A stretch of 64,000 bases of DNA from an uncultured delta proteobacterium (GCA_963803435.1 CAWDML010000012.1:32001-96000), one strand, 5' to 3'. Shown: positions 51,481 through 63,065, numbered from the stretch's first letter. Notes: generated by a model from the letters alone, not told the origin. Made by a program: numbers and translations.

Positions 51481-54363
51481 ATGCGTGCTCGACACCTTGG
51501 AGGTCTTTGCGGGTCGATCGGCGCCCTGCTCCTGCTGGTGGGAGCGGCGCCGCCCAGCTCTCCGGCGCAGGCCAAGGCCCAGCTCGAGGCGGCCGAGTCG
51601 GCGCTCGCCGCCGCGGCCGGCCGCCTGCAGCAGCAACCACCCCCGGAGGCCGACCTGACGGCGGCCGAGGCCGCGCTCGCGACGCTCAAGCGCGCGCTCG
51701 ATGAGGGCAGCCGGTTCGAGCCGAAGGATCTGGAGTACGCGAAGGCGGCGCTGGCCGCGCGCAAGGACCACCGGGCGAAGAGCGAATACGTACAACAGCG
51801 GCGGCTCGAGGCCAGTGTCGAGCTCGGCCTGCAGTCGATCGATCGGGCGCTGAGCGCCCTGAAGACCGCGGTGGACCGGACCGAGCACGACCCGACGCCG
51901 GACGCGTTCATCCGGGCGCGCGCCGCCGCGCTGGAGGTGAAGAAGGCGCTCGAGAGCGGTCGGACGCTGGCCGCGCAGAACGCGAAGTACGCCGCGCAGG
52001 TGAAGACCGCGGAGGCCGAGCTCGCGAAGCAGGCGCGAACGATCGACGAGCGCGAGCTGCGGATCAAGGTGGCGCAGCAGAGCGCCGCGCTCGAGCAGGC
52101 GAAGAACGCGCTCGACCACGCGCTCGATCAGCTCCAGGGAAAGGACATCGAGGACGCGCGCTATCAGCAGGCGGAGTCGGCCGCAGCCAGCCTCCGAGAT
52201 CTGCTGGCGTCGGGGAAGCCGCTGGAGGCCTCGGACAAGACGTATCGCGCGCAGGCCGCGAAGCTCGGTGCGTTCGTCCGGGACGCCAAGAAGCGGATCG
52301 ACGCCGAGTGGAGCGCCGCGGGGCTCGCCCGCCTGAAGGCGGAGATCGAGCCGGCGCGCGCCGAGCTTGCGCAGGCCGCCCGCGCCATGAAGGGCAAGCA
52401 GCCGACCGAGGATCAGCGCGCGCTGGCGCGGAACGCCGCGATCATCGTGGAGAAGCTGCTGGAGCGTTTTCGGCCGCTCGCCTCGAAGAGCCCGGCCTTT
52501 GCGAAGTACGTCAGCGAGGTCGAGGCGGCGCTGGTCGCGGTGCAGGTCGAGCTGCAGCGGCGCGGCGTGGAGGAGGCGCGCGCCGCCGTGGAGAAGTCAC
52601 TCGCGACCCTCAGAGGCCCGAACCCCTCGGACGTGCACTTCGAGGAGGCGAACGCGTCGATGGCCGCGTTCGAGAAGACGATCGACTCCGCGGTCAAGAA
52701 GGACGCCGAGTTCTCCCGGTGGCTCCAGGACCAGAAGGGATGGCTCGAGCGATCCCGCCGTGACGTCGGTGAACGAAGGACCGCGGTCGAGGTGCACCGG
52801 CAGAAGGAGGAGGTGCGCGCGGCGCGGGACGCGGTGGCCTCCGCCATGCGGCGGATCCAGGGACGCCGGCCCAAGGACGAGGAGTTCGACGAGGCAAAGA
52901 ACGCGCTGGCGGTGCTCGACCAGACCATCGCGAAGTCCAAGGCGGTGGCGCACAAGGACGCCGCCTTCGGCAAGTATCTGGCGGAGGCGAAGGACGCGCT
53001 GAAGCGTGCTCGGTCCGACGCCGAGAAGCGCCGGCTGGACGTCACGATCGATCTCCAGCGGGAGCGGGTGAGCGACGCGCTGGCGGCGGTGAACCACAGC
53101 CTCGCTCGCTTGCCGGGCCTCGACGAGGTGAAGGCGGGCGAGACCGCGGTGAACGCGCTCGATGAGGCGCTCACCGCCGGCAAGGAGCTCATGTCGAAGG
53201 ATCGGGCGTACGGACGCTACGCGAGGGACGCGGCGGCGGCGGGCGAGAGAGCCCGGACCCGGCTGGCCACCCGGCGGGACGAGATCGCGATTGACGCACA
53301 GAGATCGGCCGTCGAGCGCGAGCTGACCGGGCTGAGCAACGCGGTGGCGGCGCTCGACACCGTCGCCAGCCCGGCGGCGTTCGAGGGGGCGTCCAAGTCG
53401 CTGGCGGCGACGAAGAGCGCGCTCGACGCGGGCGCGGAGCTGGAGAAGCGGCTCCCGCAGTACCGGAAGTGGGCAGAGCAGGCGAGGAAGAGCGTGGATG
53501 CCCACCAGAAGCGGATCGACAAGCGCGCCCTCGAGGTCGCGGTCGGTGAGGGCACGACCGAGGTCGATCAGCGGGTTGCCGAGGCGAAGGCCGCGCTCGA
53601 CCGAGCGAAGCAGCCGTCGGCGACCGCTGCAGAGATCACGAAGGCCACCGCGGCCGCCCAGGCGGCGCGGACAGCGCTCGACAGTCGCGCGTCCCTCGAA
53701 AAGCGCGACAAGACCTACCACGCGCACGCGACGAAGCAGCGCGGAGAGCTCGACCGGCTCGAGGGGGAGATTGAGATGGCCGAGCACCTGATCGCGTTTC
53801 GACAGGGGCCGCTCACGGAGATGACGGCCGGGGTCGAAGCTGCCAAGGCCGCAGCTACCGCCGGCGATCTGGAGACGAAGAAGAGCCAGTACGAGAGGGC
53901 GGTCGAGCGCTTCGAGGCTTGCCGGCGAGACAGCGCGACCATGCTGGGAGACCACCCGCGGATCGCCTCGTCGGTGGTGCGGGTCGAGGAGGAGAGCGCG
54001 CAGGCGAAGGAGCTGATCACGATGTGCGCCGACCGGGCGCAGTCGGCGAAGGCCGAGCTCGACGCCGTCAACGCGGTCTTTGCTGTCGAGAACGGCCCGG
54101 TGAAGTCGCTCCAGGACGGCCAGGCGCGCGCGGCCGAGGCGACCAAGGCGACGGGCGACGACCAGCGACGCCTTCGAGAGGAAGCGCTGGCGAAGCTCGA
54201 GACCTGCCTGTCCGCCGGTCGGATCCTCCAGTATGAGCACCCCGAGCTGAAGGAGCGGAAGTTCGACGTCGGCGGGAAGAAGTTGACGCTGCCGGCGGTG
54301 ATCGACGCGTGCCAGCAGCGGGTGAAGCAGCTCCGAGCGCTGGTCGACTCGAAGAAGAGCTGA
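51481..54363 (+). CDS. Secreted all-alpha tandem-repeat protein (960 aa)
   Basis: Signal peptide; about nine ~78-aa helical repeats with L..G..L...D..Y..Y; two Cys-pair C-terminal repeats. Confidence 0.8.
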   Translation: MRARHLGGLCGSIGALLLLVGAAPPSSPAQAKAQLEAAESALAAAAGRLQQQPPPEADLTAAEAALATLKRALDEGSRFEPKDLEYAKAALAARKDHRAKSEYVQQRRLEASVELGLQSIDRALSALKTAVDRTEHDPTPDAFIRARAAALEVKKALESGRTLAAQNAKYAAQVKTAEAELAKQARTIDERELRIKVAQQSAALEQAKNALDHALDQLQGKDIEDARYQQAESAAASLRDLLASGKPLEASDKTYRAQAAKLGAFVRDAKKRIDAEWSAAGLARLKAEIEPARAELAQAARAMKGKQPTEDQRALARNAAIIVEKLLERFRPLASKSPAFAKYVSEVEAALVAVQVELQRRGVEEARAAVEKSLATLRGPNPSDVHFEEANASMAAFEKTIDSAVKKDAEFSRWLQDQKGWLERSRRDVGERRTAVEVHRQKEEVRAARDAVASAMRRIQGRRPKDEEFDEAKNALAVLDQTIAKSKAVAHKDAAFGKYLAEAKDALKRARSDAEKRRLDVTIDLQRERVSDALAAVNHSLARLPGLDEVKAGETAVNALDEALTAGKELMSKDRAYGRYARDAAAAGERARTRLATRRDEIAIDAQRSAVERELTGLSNAVAALDTVASPAAFEGASKSLAATKSALDAGAELEKRLPQYRKWAEQARKSVDAHQKRIDKRALEVAVGEGTTEVDQRVAEAKAALDRAKQPSATAAEITKATAAAQAARTALDSRASLEKRDKTYHAHATKQRGELDRLEGEIEMAEHLIAFRQGPLTEMTAGVEAAKAAATAGDLETKKSQYERAVERFEACRRDSATMLGDHPRIASSVVRVEEESAQAKELITMCADRAQSAKAELDAVNAVFAVENGPVKSLQDGQARAAEATKATGDDQRRLREEALAKLETCLSAGRILQYEHPELKERKFDVGGKKLTLPAVIDACQQRVKQLRALVDSKKS

Positions 54364-54380
54364 GCCCCGGGATCACGTCG

Positions 54381-55661
54381 TCAGGGACCGATCATCTCCT
54401 TGCCCATGTACGGGACCAGCGCTTTGGGCAGCCGCACGGAGCCGTCAGGCTGCTGCCCGTGCTCGATGATCGCGGCCCAGATCCGCGGCGTGGCGATGCC
54501 CGAGCCGTTGAGCGCCTGGAGAAACTCCGGTTTCGCGCCTGCGTCGCGGCGGAAGCGCGTGTTTCCGCGACGAGTCTGGAAGTCGGTGAACACGCCGACC
54601 GACGAGACCTCGAGCCACCGATCGACGCCCGGCGAGTACACCTCGAGGTCGTAGATCCGCGAGGACGAGAAGGTCAGGTCACCGGCGCAGAGAGCGACGA
54701 CGCGGTACGGGAGCTCCAGCACGCGGAGCGTCTTCTCGGCGTCGCCCAGCAGATCCTGGAACTCCGCGTCCACCTGTTCGGGCGCACAGAGGCGGACCAG
54801 CTCGACCTTGTGGAACTCGTGCAAGCGCTGGAGCCCGCGCGTGTCCTTGCCCGCGGACCCGGCCTCGCGCCGGAAGCAGACCGTGTACGCCATGTATCGC
54901 TTGGGGAGCTCGTCGAAGGCGAGGATCTCGCCGCGGTGCATCGACGTCAGCGGAACCTCGCCGGTCGGGATCACCCAGAGCTCGTCCGCGGCCAGCTTGT
55001 AGGCGTCGTCTGCGAACTTGGGCAGGTGGCCGGTGCTCGTGAACGTCTCGGTGGTGACGAAGTGCGGCGGCAAGATCTCCTCGTGCTTGGCGCCGTGGAG
55101 ATCGAGGCCGAACTGAACGAGCGCGCGAAGCAGGCGTGCCCCATCGTTCTTGAGCAGCGCGAACATCGAGCCGCTCAGCTTGGCCGCGCGCTCGGCATCG
55201 TAGATCCCGAGCCGGGTCCCGATGTCCCAGTGCGTGTTCCAGGTCTTTCCCTTGAACCGCTCGGGGTCGTATCCCTCGCTGCGGAGGACGACGTTGTCCT
55301 GATCCCCCTTGCCCTCGGGGCAACGATCGTCGGGCAGGTTCGGGATCCGGAGGAGGAGATCGTCGACCTCCACCTCGAGGCGTCCGAGCTTCTCCTCCTC
55401 CTCCGCGAGCTGCTGCTTCAGCTTCGCGACCTCCGCCTTCATCGCGTCCGCCTCGGCCTTCTTGCCCTGCTTGAAGAGGCCGCCGATCTCCGACGAGCGC
55501 TTGTTCAGATCGGCCCGCAGGTTGTCGACGCGCGTGGTCGTGCTCTTCCGCTCCTTGAGCATCGTACCGGCGCGCTCGACGGTCTCCCGATCCACACCCT
55601 TGCGGGCGAGGCGACGGGCCGTGTTGTCGAAGTCGTTCAAGAAGAGGTTGCGATCCAGCAT
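54381..55661 (-). CDS. serS: Serine--tRNA ligase
   Basis: IPTGEVPLT, CFRREAGSAGKDTRGLQRLHEFHKVEL, EVSS, LNGSGIA. Confidence 0.97.
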   Translation of the reverse strand: MLDRNLFLNDFDNTARRLARKGVDRETVERAGTMLKERKSTTTRVDNLRADLNKRSSEIGGLFKQGKKAEADAMKAEVAKLKQQLAEEEEKLGRLEVEVDDLLLRIPNLPDDRCPEGKGDQDNVVLRSEGYDPERFKGKTWNTHWDIGTRLGIYDAERAAKLSGSMFALLKNDGARLLRALVQFGLDLHGAKHEEILPPHFVTTETFTSTGHLPKFADDAYKLAADELWVIPTGEVPLTSMHRGEILAFDELPKRYMAYTVCFRREAGSAGKDTRGLQRLHEFHKVELVRLCAPEQVDAEFQDLLGDAEKTLRVLELPYRVVALCAGDLTFSSSRIYDLEVYSPGVDRWLEVSSVGVFTDFQTRRGNTRFRRDAGAKPEFLQALNGSGIATPRIWAAIIEHGQQPDGSVRLPKALVPYMGKEMIGP

Positions 55662-55775
55662 CCGGACGCCATCCAACGCAAATCACTGACCGGCGTCAAC
55701 GCTGATATGAAGAAGGGATGATGCGGGAGAGCGATCACAGGTAACCCGGAGCCAGCTTCGCGCTACGCTGACGGC

Positions 55776-57572
55776 ATGTCCGATCAACCCACCCGTCGCA
55801 CCGACATCACGGGCGGCGGACCCCCCGGCGAGGGGCTCGAGCTCTCCATCACGGATACGGGCGCGTTCGAAGCGCGCTACCTGAAGAAGGAGCTGCTCGG
55901 TCGGGGCGGAATGGGCGAGGTCTTCCTCTGCGAGGATCGGTCCATCGGACGCGAGGTCGCGCTGAAGGTCATCCGGGCGCAACACCTCGGGAGCGCCGAG
56001 CACCAGGTTCGCTTCCTCCGCGAGGCGCGCGTCCAGGGTCGACTCCAGCATCCGGCGATCGTCCCCATCCACGAGCTCGGCCGGTCTCCCGAGCTGGGGC
56101 CGTACTTCATCATGAAGCGGGTCCACGGTCAGACGTTGCGCCAGGTGTTGAACACCCTCCGCGACGGCGCGGCGCCGGAGTACACGCGGGCCAAGCTGCT
56201 GGCGGCCTTCCGCCAGCTCTGCCTCGCCATCGACTACGCGCATTCGCACGGCGTGGTGCACCGCGATCTCAAACCGTCCAACGTGATGCTCGGCGACTTC
56301 GGAGAGGTCCACGTGCTCGACTGGGGGCTGGCGAAGTGGCTCGACCGCGACGGCCTCGCGCCCGATCTCGACGCGACGCTCGGCGGCGCGGTCATGGGCA
56401 CGCCCGGATACATGGCGCCCGAGCAACGCGCCAGCGACGCGATCGACGAGCGCACCGACATCTACGCGCTCGGCGCCATCCTGTACGAGATCCTCACGCT
56501 GCGTCCGCTGGCGCCGCGGGCCTCGGATCGCGAGGAGCAGCCGACCGCCCCCATGGCGGCCTCCACCGACGTGACGGTCGTCCGCGACCCGACCCTCGCG
56601 CCCGAGCTTCAGGCGATCTGCGCGAAGGCGACGCGCACCGAGGCCGCGCTGCGCCACCGATCCGTGCACGAGCTCCTCGAGGAGCTCGATCGCTACCTCG
56701 AAGGGGATCGGGACCTCGAGCTCCGGCGCTCCCTCGCCCGCGTGCAGGCGGCGTCCGCGACCGCGCTCGTCGATCGCGTGCTGGCGAACGCTCCCGAGGC
56801 CACCGACCGGGACCGCGCCGAGGCGATGCGCGAGGTCAGCCGCGCGCTGGCCCTCGATCCCGATCATCTGCCGGCGCGTCATGCGCTGGTGCGTCTCCTG
56901 GTCAATCCGCCGGCGCGCCTCCCCGAGGCGGTGGGCAAGCGCATCCGAGAGTCCTGGCTCGGGCTCCTGCAGTCGGGCGCGCGGGCGGGCGTCGTCATCC
57001 AAGTATTGCTCGCCGCCCTCTTCCTCCCGCTGGTGTTGATGATGGGCGTTCGAGACTGGGTGGCCGCCCTCGCCTTCCTGGGCTTCCACGTGCTCCTCAC
57101 CGCCGGCGCCGCTCTCGACGGGTGGGTGGCGGTGTCGACCAAGCCCTACACTCGCCCGCTGCACCTGTTCGTCGCGTTCCTGGCGGCCACCGCGGCGAGC
57201 CGGTTGTTCGGGCCGTTGGTCTTCGCTCCCAGCCTGGCGGCCGGTTTCCTCAGCGCGTTGATGTTTCACGCCCGCAAGAACGAGGTCCCGGCGATGGTCG
57301 CGCTCACGGTCCTCGGCATCATCGCGCCGGTCGGCCTCGAGTACGCCGGGATCCTCCCCCGCTCGTACGCGTTCACCGGCGACGCAATGCTCATCCACGC
57401 GCAGATGGCCGGTCTCCGCGAGGTCCCGTCGATGCTGTTCCTCGTCATCGCTACCATCGCCGCCGTGCTCATCCCGGCCATCAACCTGTGGCGCGTTCGC
57501 GGCGAGCTCGATCGCGCACAGGCCGAGCTCGCGGTGCGCGCCTGGCACCTGGAGACGCTGATGGAGGGTTGA
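55776..57572 (+). CDS. Ser/Thr protein kinase with C-terminal multi-pass membrane domain
   Basis: [32 protein letters not shown]; 5-6 hydrophobic helices. Confidence 0.92.
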   Translation: MSDQPTRRTDITGGGPPGEGLELSITDTGAFEARYLKKELLGRGGMGEVFLCEDRSIGREVALKVIRAQHLGSAEHQVRFLREARVQGRLQHPAIVPIHELGRSPELGPYFIMKRVHGQTLRQVLNTLRDGAAPEYTRAKLLAAFRQLCLAIDYAHSHGVVHRDLKPSNVMLGDFGEVHVLDWGLAKWLDRDGLAPDLDATLGGAVMGTPGYMAPEQRASDAIDERTDIYALGAILYEILTLRPLAPRASDREEQPTAPMAASTDVTVVRDPTLAPELQAICAKATRTEAALRHRSVHELLEELDRYLEGDRDLELRRSLARVQAASATALVDRVLANAPEATDRDRAEAMREVSRALALDPDHLPARHALVRLLVNPPARLPEAVGKRIRESWLGLLQSGARAGVVIQVLLAALFLPLVLMMGVRDWVAALAFLGFHVLLTAGAALDGWVAVSTKPYTRPLHLFVAFLAATAASRLFGPLVFAPSLAAGFLSALMFHARKNEVPAMVALTVLGIIAPVGLEYAGILPRSYAFTGDAMLIHAQMAGLREVPSMLFLVIATIAAVLIPAINLWRVRGELDRAQAELAVRAWHLETLMEG

Positions 57573-57582
57573 CGGGATCCGC

Positions 57583-58428
57583 TCACCAGAAGTGGAGCAG
57601 CGCCCACACCCCGATCGACACCGGCCACAGATAGTACGCGAACTTGTGGAGGCCGCCGCGCTTCACCAGCGCCACCAGCATGATCAGCGCTCCATAGCCC
57701 ACGACCAGCGCGGTGGCGAAGCCGATGGCGAGGGGGAGAAACGACCCGCCCTCGAGCTTCACGCCGTCCTTCAGGGTGAGCACCACCGCGCCCGCGATCG
57801 CAGGGATGAAGAGCATGAAGGAGAAGCGCGCGGCTTGCTCGCGCCGCATCCCCAGGAGGAGCGCCACCGCGATGGTAGATCCGGAGCGTGAGATGCCGGG
57901 CGTGATCGCGATGCCCTGGGCGATCCCGATCAAGAGCGCGGTGGTCGGTGTCAAGGCGGCTTGCACCTTCTCGGCGCGCTCGGCGAACAGCTTGGTCGAG
58001 AAGAGGAGACAGCCCGTCACGAACAGCGCGACGCAGACCGCGCTGGCGCTCTGGAAGAGGCGCTCGAACTCGTGCTTGAGCGCAACGCCCATGATCCCCG
58101 TGGGGATGGTGGCGACCACGACCATCGCGGCGAGCCACCGGTGCTCGTCACCGCGGAGCCAGGCGAGGACACCACCCGCGTACCCGAACGGCGACGCTCC
58201 GAAGATCGCCGCGAGGATCTTCTGGAGGTCCCTCCGGTAGAACCACAGGACCGGGAGCAGCGTACCCAGATGGAGCACCAGATCGAAGACGACGGCTTGC
58301 TCGAGGAACGTGAAGCGATCGCCGAGCCACTGCTGGAAGAGCACGAGGTGTCCCGAACTGGAGACCGGGAGGAACTCCGTCAGGCCCTGAATCGCGCCGA
58401 GGATCAACGCTTGAAGCCAGGCAGGCAC
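57583..58428 (-). CDS. uppP: Undecaprenyl-diphosphate phosphatase (BacA)
   Basis: QGLTEFLPVSSSGHL, PGISRSGSTI, ARFSF. Confidence 0.96.
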   Translation of the reverse strand: MPAWLQALILGAIQGLTEFLPVSSSGHLVLFQQWLGDRFTFLEQAVVFDLVLHLGTLLPVLWFYRRDLQKILAAIFGASPFGYAGGVLAWLRGDEHRWLAAMVVVATIPTGIMGVALKHEFERLFQSASAVCVALFVTGCLLFSTKLFAERAEKVQAALTPTTALLIGIAQGIAITPGISRSGSTIAVALLLGMRREQAARFSFMLFIPAIAGAVVLTLKDGVKLEGGSFLPLAIGFATALVVGYGALIMLVALVKRGGLHKFAYYLWPVSIGVWALLHFW

Positions 58429-58439
58429 GGCGGCGGATG

Positions 58440-59531
58440 TTACTCGGTACAGGCGATCGGCTCGACCTTGCAGACGCTGTCTTCACACGTGTGCCCGGGG
58501 AAGCACTCGGCCGTGCCGGTGCATGCCTCCTCCGGAAACACGGAGGCCGCGCACCTTCCGCCGGCGCAGTGGGACAGGTAACAGCCGCCGGGGTCGCAGG
58601 GAGCGCCGGCGATCGGTCGCGGGTGACAGGCCATGATCCCGACCGAGCTGGTGCAGGCCAGCCCCTCGGCACACGGGCGCGTATCTTCGCGGCACGGCTC
58701 TTCACCCGCGAGCCCGGCCACGCACTTGCCGCCGAAGCAGAACAGATCGCCGCGGCAATCGGCCGCATCGACGCACACGTCTCCATCCTCACCGGCCGAG
58801 CAGCGGTTCGCGATGCAGCGCGCGCCGACCAGACACTCGAAGGAAGAGTTACAGCCCTGGCCGCGGCCCTTCACGCTCACGCAGGTCATCTGAGCCGGGT
58901 TCGATCCGTCGCAGGAGCCGCCGTCTCGGCACGGGTTGTTGTCGAGGGTCAGCTCACAGGTACCGTTCAGGTCGACGCGGGCGTGGCAGCGCATGGCGGT
59001 GACCGAGCAGAACAGATCTTGCGCGCACGGCTGTCCGATCCCGCAGGTCTCGTTGTTCTGGCGATAGGCGCGGCAGCGTCCGGGACAGCCGTTCTCGGCG
59101 ACGCAGTGGAAGCCGTCGGCACAGGCCAGACCGATCGCACACGGGGCACCGTCCTCCCCCCCGCCGCTGACCATGCCGCGGCACGCGTCGATCTCGAGGA
59201 GATCGTGCTGGAGCCCCACGCTGCAGTCGAGCCCTCCGACCTCGTCGCGACAGTCGCGGGCTGCCAGCTCGAAGTACGTCAGCGCGCCGTCGTCGACCGC
59301 GGCCTCGAGCGCGGCCGCGATCGGCGCGCACAGCACCTGCTCCTGGCGCAGCTGGCAGAGCTGCGGATCGAAGGGCGGCTCCAGCGCGCCGCACTCGTTC
59401 AAGCGGTTGCAGTCGGCGCGCGCCACCTCGGCGCAGAGCGTGTCGAGCGGGATCGGGACCTCGACGCGAGGCGGGGGCTCCTTCTTCGAGCAGGCGCCGG
59501 CGAGGAGCAGCAGGGGCACGAGTCGGCGCAT
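58440..59531 (-). CDS. Cys-rich lipoprotein
   Basis: Lipobox AGAC; many G..C....C..G..C repeats. Confidence 0.8.
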   Translation of the reverse strand: MRRLVPLLLLAGACSKKEPPPRVEVPIPLDTLCAEVARADCNRLNECGALEPPFDPQLCQLRQEQVLCAPIAAALEAAVDDGALTYFELAARDCRDEVGGLDCSVGLQHDLLEIDACRGMVSGGGEDGAPCAIGLACADGFHCVAENGCPGRCRAYRQNNETCGIGQPCAQDLFCSVTAMRCHARVDLNGTCELTLDNNPCRDGGSCDGSNPAQMTCVSVKGRGQGCNSSFECLVGARCIANRCSAGEDGDVCVDAADCRGDLFCFGGKCVAGLAGEEPCREDTRPCAEGLACTSSVGIMACHPRPIAGAPCDPGGCYLSHCAGGRCAASVFPEEACTGTAECFPGHTCEDSVCKVEPIACTE

Positions 59532-59536
59532 GCGGA

Positions 59537-60988
59537 TCAACTCCGGCGCCGGACCTCGAGCATCAGGCCTTCGACGTGCACCACCTCGATGTCCTCGTTC
59601 GCGCCGATGGACTCGCTCGACTTGGCCTGCCAGTACTCGCCGCCGACGAACACCTGACCGCCCGAGGGCCCGACGGGCTTCAGCACCTTGCCGCGTGCGC
59701 CCACCAGCCCCTCGCTGCCGGTGATCGGCTTGGTGTGGCGGGACCGCACCGCAAAGTAGGAGAGCAGGAACGTGAAGGTCACGGACGTGATCACCACCGG
59801 CAGCACGTCGATCCAGGTGAGGCGGACCATCGGATCGATCGCGAAGTCCGGATCGCCGACGTCGATGACGAGCGTCAACCCGATCGCGAGCACCAGGCTC
59901 CCCAGCACGGCGAGAGCGCCGTGGGTGGGGGTGAAGAACTCGGTGATGATGAGGCCGATCCCCGCCAGGATCAGGATGACGGCGCCGGTGTCGATCGGCA
60001 GCTGCTCGAGAGAGATCGCCGCGATCAGGATGCAGAGCACTCCGATCGCGCCGGGGATCCAGGTGCCCGGTGCCTTGACCTCGATGATGATCCCCATGAT
60101 GCCGATCAGCGCGAGGATCATCGCGATGGTCGGGTTGGCGAGGAAGTTCAACAGCCAGCTGCGCAGCGACGGCGTGTACTCGACGACCGGCGCACCCTTG
60201 GTGCGGAGCTCGACCTTGGTGCCGTGAACCATCAGCTGGTAGCCGTCCAGCTGATCGAGGAGGTCGCTCCGGTCCCGTGCGATCAGATCGATCACACCGA
60301 GCTCGAGCGCCTTGTCGGAGGTCGCCGAGACCGACTCGAGCACCGCGTCCTTTGCCCAGGCCTCGTTCCGGTTGCGCTCCCGGGCGATCCCTTCGACGAA
60401 GGCGACCAGGTCGTTCTCGACCTTCTGCGCCATGTGCTTGCCGCCCTCTTCGGGATCACCGCCGGAGCCGGTCACCGGGTGGGCCGCGCCGATCCGCGTG
60501 GCGGGGGCCATCGCGGCGACGTTGGCCGCCAGCGTGATGAACGTGCCGGCGCTGGCGGCGTGGGCCCCGCTCGGTGTCACGTACACGATGATCGGGATCT
60601 TCGAGCCGAGCATCGCCTTCACCATGTCCTCGGTGGTGCTGACCAGGCCTCCGGGTGTGTCGAGCTCGATGAGGATCGCCTGCCGCTTCTCGGCCTCGGC
60701 GCGGGCGATGGCGTCGATCGTGAACTCGCCCATGCCAGGGTTCACGATGCCGTCGAAGCGGATCAGCGCGATGCTGCCGGAGAGCTGCTCCGGATCGCCC
60801 TCGGGGAGCGCCACCTTGGCGGGCCTGGGGTAGCTCTTCGGCGCCGCGTCGTCCGGCTTCGCGTCCTCGTCGGGCTTCTTGTCGTCGTGCTGCTCGAACT
60901 TCTGGGGCTCGAGAAACGGCAGCTGCGCGAAGGCGCTGCGCGCGACCAGGAGCGAAGCCACGATGAGGAGTGTGTGTGCGGTCCGCAT
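59537..60988 (-). CDS. nfeD: NfeD family membrane-bound ClpP-class protease
   Basis: LDTPGG, AASAG, MAPATRIGAAHPV, KVEND; TM bundle; C-terminal OB-like G.V...GEYWQA. Confidence 0.9.
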   Translation of the reverse strand: MRTAHTLLIVASLLVARSAFAQLPFLEPQKFEQHDDKKPDEDAKPDDAAPKSYPRPAKVALPEGDPEQLSGSIALIRFDGIVNPGMGEFTIDAIARAEAEKRQAILIELDTPGGLVSTTEDMVKAMLGSKIPIIVYVTPSGAHAASAGTFITLAANVAAMAPATRIGAAHPVTGSGGDPEEGGKHMAQKVENDLVAFVEGIARERNRNEAWAKDAVLESVSATSDKALELGVIDLIARDRSDLLDQLDGYQLMVHGTKVELRTKGAPVVEYTPSLRSWLLNFLANPTIAMILALIGIMGIIIEVKAPGTWIPGAIGVLCILIAAISLEQLPIDTGAVILILAGIGLIITEFFTPTHGALAVLGSLVLAIGLTLVIDVGDPDFAIDPMVRLTWIDVLPVVITSVTFTFLLSYFAVRSRHTKPITGSEGLVGARGKVLKPVGPSGGQVFVGGEYWQAKSSESIGANEDIEVVHVEGLMLEVRRRS

Positions 60989-60990
60989 GA

Positions 60991-61875
60991 TTAGCCTCGC
61001 TTCGGGATCGGCCATCCCATGAAACGCAGGACCTCCTGGATGTCCTGCCAGGTGGCGCGCTTGTCGGCCGGGTTCCGGAGCAAGTACGCAGGATGGAACG
61101 TCGGCATCACCGGAGTCCCATTATAGTCCTGCCACTTGCCGCGTAATCTCATCATGCCGGTCGTGGTCGAAAGCAGCGTTTGCGCCGCGAACCTGCCGAG
61201 TGTGACGATCACCTTGGGGTTCACCAGGCGGATCTGCGCCTCCAGGAAGGGGCGGCAGACCTCGATCTCGTCCGGCTCCGGGTTCCGGTTCTGCGGCGGG
61301 CGGCACTTCACGCCGTTCGCGATGTAGACGTCGCCCCGGCGCATGCCCATCCCCCCCTCGATGATCTTGGTGAGGAGCTGTCCCGCCTTGCCGACGAACG
61401 GCTCGCCCTGGAGGTCCTCGTCGGCGCCCGGACCTTCGCCGACGAACATGATGTCGGCAGCCGGATTGCCCACGCCGAACACCACCTGGCGGCGCCCCAG
61501 GCCCCCGAGCTTGCAGCGCTTGCAGTCGCCGAGGACCTCGCGCACCTCGTCGAGGCTCGAGCACTTTTCGAGGAGCGACACGACCACGGGGAGCTTCTTC
61601 GGCGGGGGCGGCGCGGGCGCGTGTTGAAAGAGCGGCGGGGGCTCCTCGATCGGAGGCTCGTCGTCGAAGGGCGGCTCGGGATCGGGTTGGGGCTCCGGCT
61701 CGCCCGCGCGGGGCTCGGGCTCGGGCTCGAGCGCGCGGGGTTCGGGTTCGGGCTCGGGCGCGTCGTTTGCGGAGAGTGGAGGGAGCTCGGGCGGGACGAT
61801 TCCGGTGCGCGCGGCCCATTCGAGCTCGGTGCGCAGCTGTCGGATCATGATCCCCAGATCGGCAAAGTCGCTCAT
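60991..61875 (-). CDS. Family-4 uracil-DNA glycosylase (4Fe-4S) with Pro/Glu-rich N-terminal extension
   Basis: [35 protein letters not shown]. Confidence 0.93.
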   Translation of the reverse strand: MSDFADLGIMIRQLRTELEWAARTGIVPPELPPLSANDAPEPEPEPRALEPEPEPRAGEPEPQPDPEPPFDDEPPIEEPPPLFQHAPAPPPPKKLPVVVSLLEKCSSLDEVREVLGDCKRCKLGGLGRRQVVFGVGNPAADIMFVGEGPGADEDLQGEPFVGKAGQLLTKIIEGGMGMRRGDVYIANGVKCRPPQNRNPEPDEIEVCRPFLEAQIRLVNPKVIVTLGRFAAQTLLSTTTGMMRLRGKWQDYNGTPVMPTFHPAYLLRNPADKRATWQDIQEVLRFMGWPIPKRG

Positions 61876-63065
61876 CCCCTCCGACGTTGTTCCAAATGCC
61901 TCACCACCTGATCAAGGACGAACTGCGCCACCTCGTCCTTTCCGGCAGGACCGAAGGCGTTTTCGGTCTTGGCGTCGACCGCGACCACCGCGGTCTCACC
62001 CGCTCCAAACCCGCGCGACTTCCCGACCAGGTTCGCGATCACGAGATCGCACCCCTTCCGCTTCAGCTTCTCCCGTGCGTTCGGGATCAGGTCGGCCGTC
62101 TCGGCCGCGAAGCCGACACGGACCGCGCCCTTCTTGGCGCGCCTCGCCAGCGCGGTCAGCACGTCGGGATTCTCGACCAGGAGGAGCGAGGACGCCGCAG
62201 GGTCGCTCCGCTTGAGCTTCTCGCGACGTGGATCGAGCGGACGATAGTCGCTGACGGCGGCGGCCGCGATCAGGACGTCTTGATCCGCGATCCGCGCGAC
62301 GGCGGCGTCGAGCATCTGCTGTGCGGTCTCCACGCGCACGACCTCGACGGCGGGCGGAGGAAGGTGCGTGGGGCCGAGGATCATCGTCACGCGGGCGCCT
62401 CGCAGCTTCGCCGCCCGCGCGATCGCGATCCCCATCGAGCCGGTGGAGCGATTCGTGAGCACCCGGACCGGATCGATCACCTCCCAGGTCGGACCGGCGG
62501 TGATCAACACGTCGACGCCGACCATGTCCTTCGGATGGAGCCGCGCAAAGGCAGCCTCGACAACCTCCTCGGGCTCGATCATCCGCCCGGCGCCGCTGCG
62601 CCCGGAGGCCAGCGGCCCCTCGACGGGCCCGACGAGCTCGACGCCGCGGGCGGCCAGGCGGGCCACGTTCTCGCGCGTGGCCGCGTTCTCCCACATCCCG
62701 GTCTCCATCGCGGGCGCAATGAGGATGGGGGCGCGCGTCGCCAGGACGGTGGCGGTGATCGGATCGTCGGCGAGCCCGCACGCGACCTTCGCGATGGTGT
62801 TCGCCGAGGCGGGCGCGATCACGACGAGATCGACCTCGTGCGCGCGCTCGACGTGCTGGATCTGGTCCGAGGCTGCGAAGAGATCGGACAGGACCGGAGT
62901 CCCAGTGATCGACTGAAACGTCAGCGGGGTGACGAATGCCTGCGCGGCACGCGTCAACGCAACTTGCACGTGCGCGCCGCGTTTGGACATGAGCCGCGCG
63001 ATCTCCACGGCTTTGTAGGCGGCGATGCTCCCGGTGACACCGAGAAGGATTCGCGGGCGCTCCAT
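61872..63065 (-). CDS. coaBC: Phosphopantothenoylcysteine decarboxylase/synthetase
   Basis: [41 protein letters not shown]. Confidence 0.96.
   Translation of the reverse strand: MERPRILLGVTGSIAAYKAVEIARLMSKRGAHVQVALTRAAQAFVTPLTFQSITGTPVLSDLFAASDQIQHVERAHEVDLVVIAPASANTIAKVACGLADDPITATVLATRAPILIAPAMETGMWENAATRENVARLAARGVELVGPVEGPLASGRSGAGRMIEPEEVVEAAFARLHPKDMVGVDVLITAGPTWEVIDPVRVLTNRSTGSMGIAIARAAKLRGARVTMILGPTHLPPPAVEVVRVETAQQMLDAAVARIADQDVLIAAAAVSDYRPLDPRREKLKRSDPAASSLLLVENPDVLTALARRAKKGAVRVGFAAETADLIPNAREKLKRKGCDLVIANLVGKSRGFGAGETAVVAVDAKTENAFGPAGKDEVAQFVLDQVVRHLEQRRRG

Noticed and set aside
61677-61757. GAGCCC-type short repeats
   Set aside because: They encode the Glu-Pro linker of the UDG; not a CRISPR or phase-variation locus
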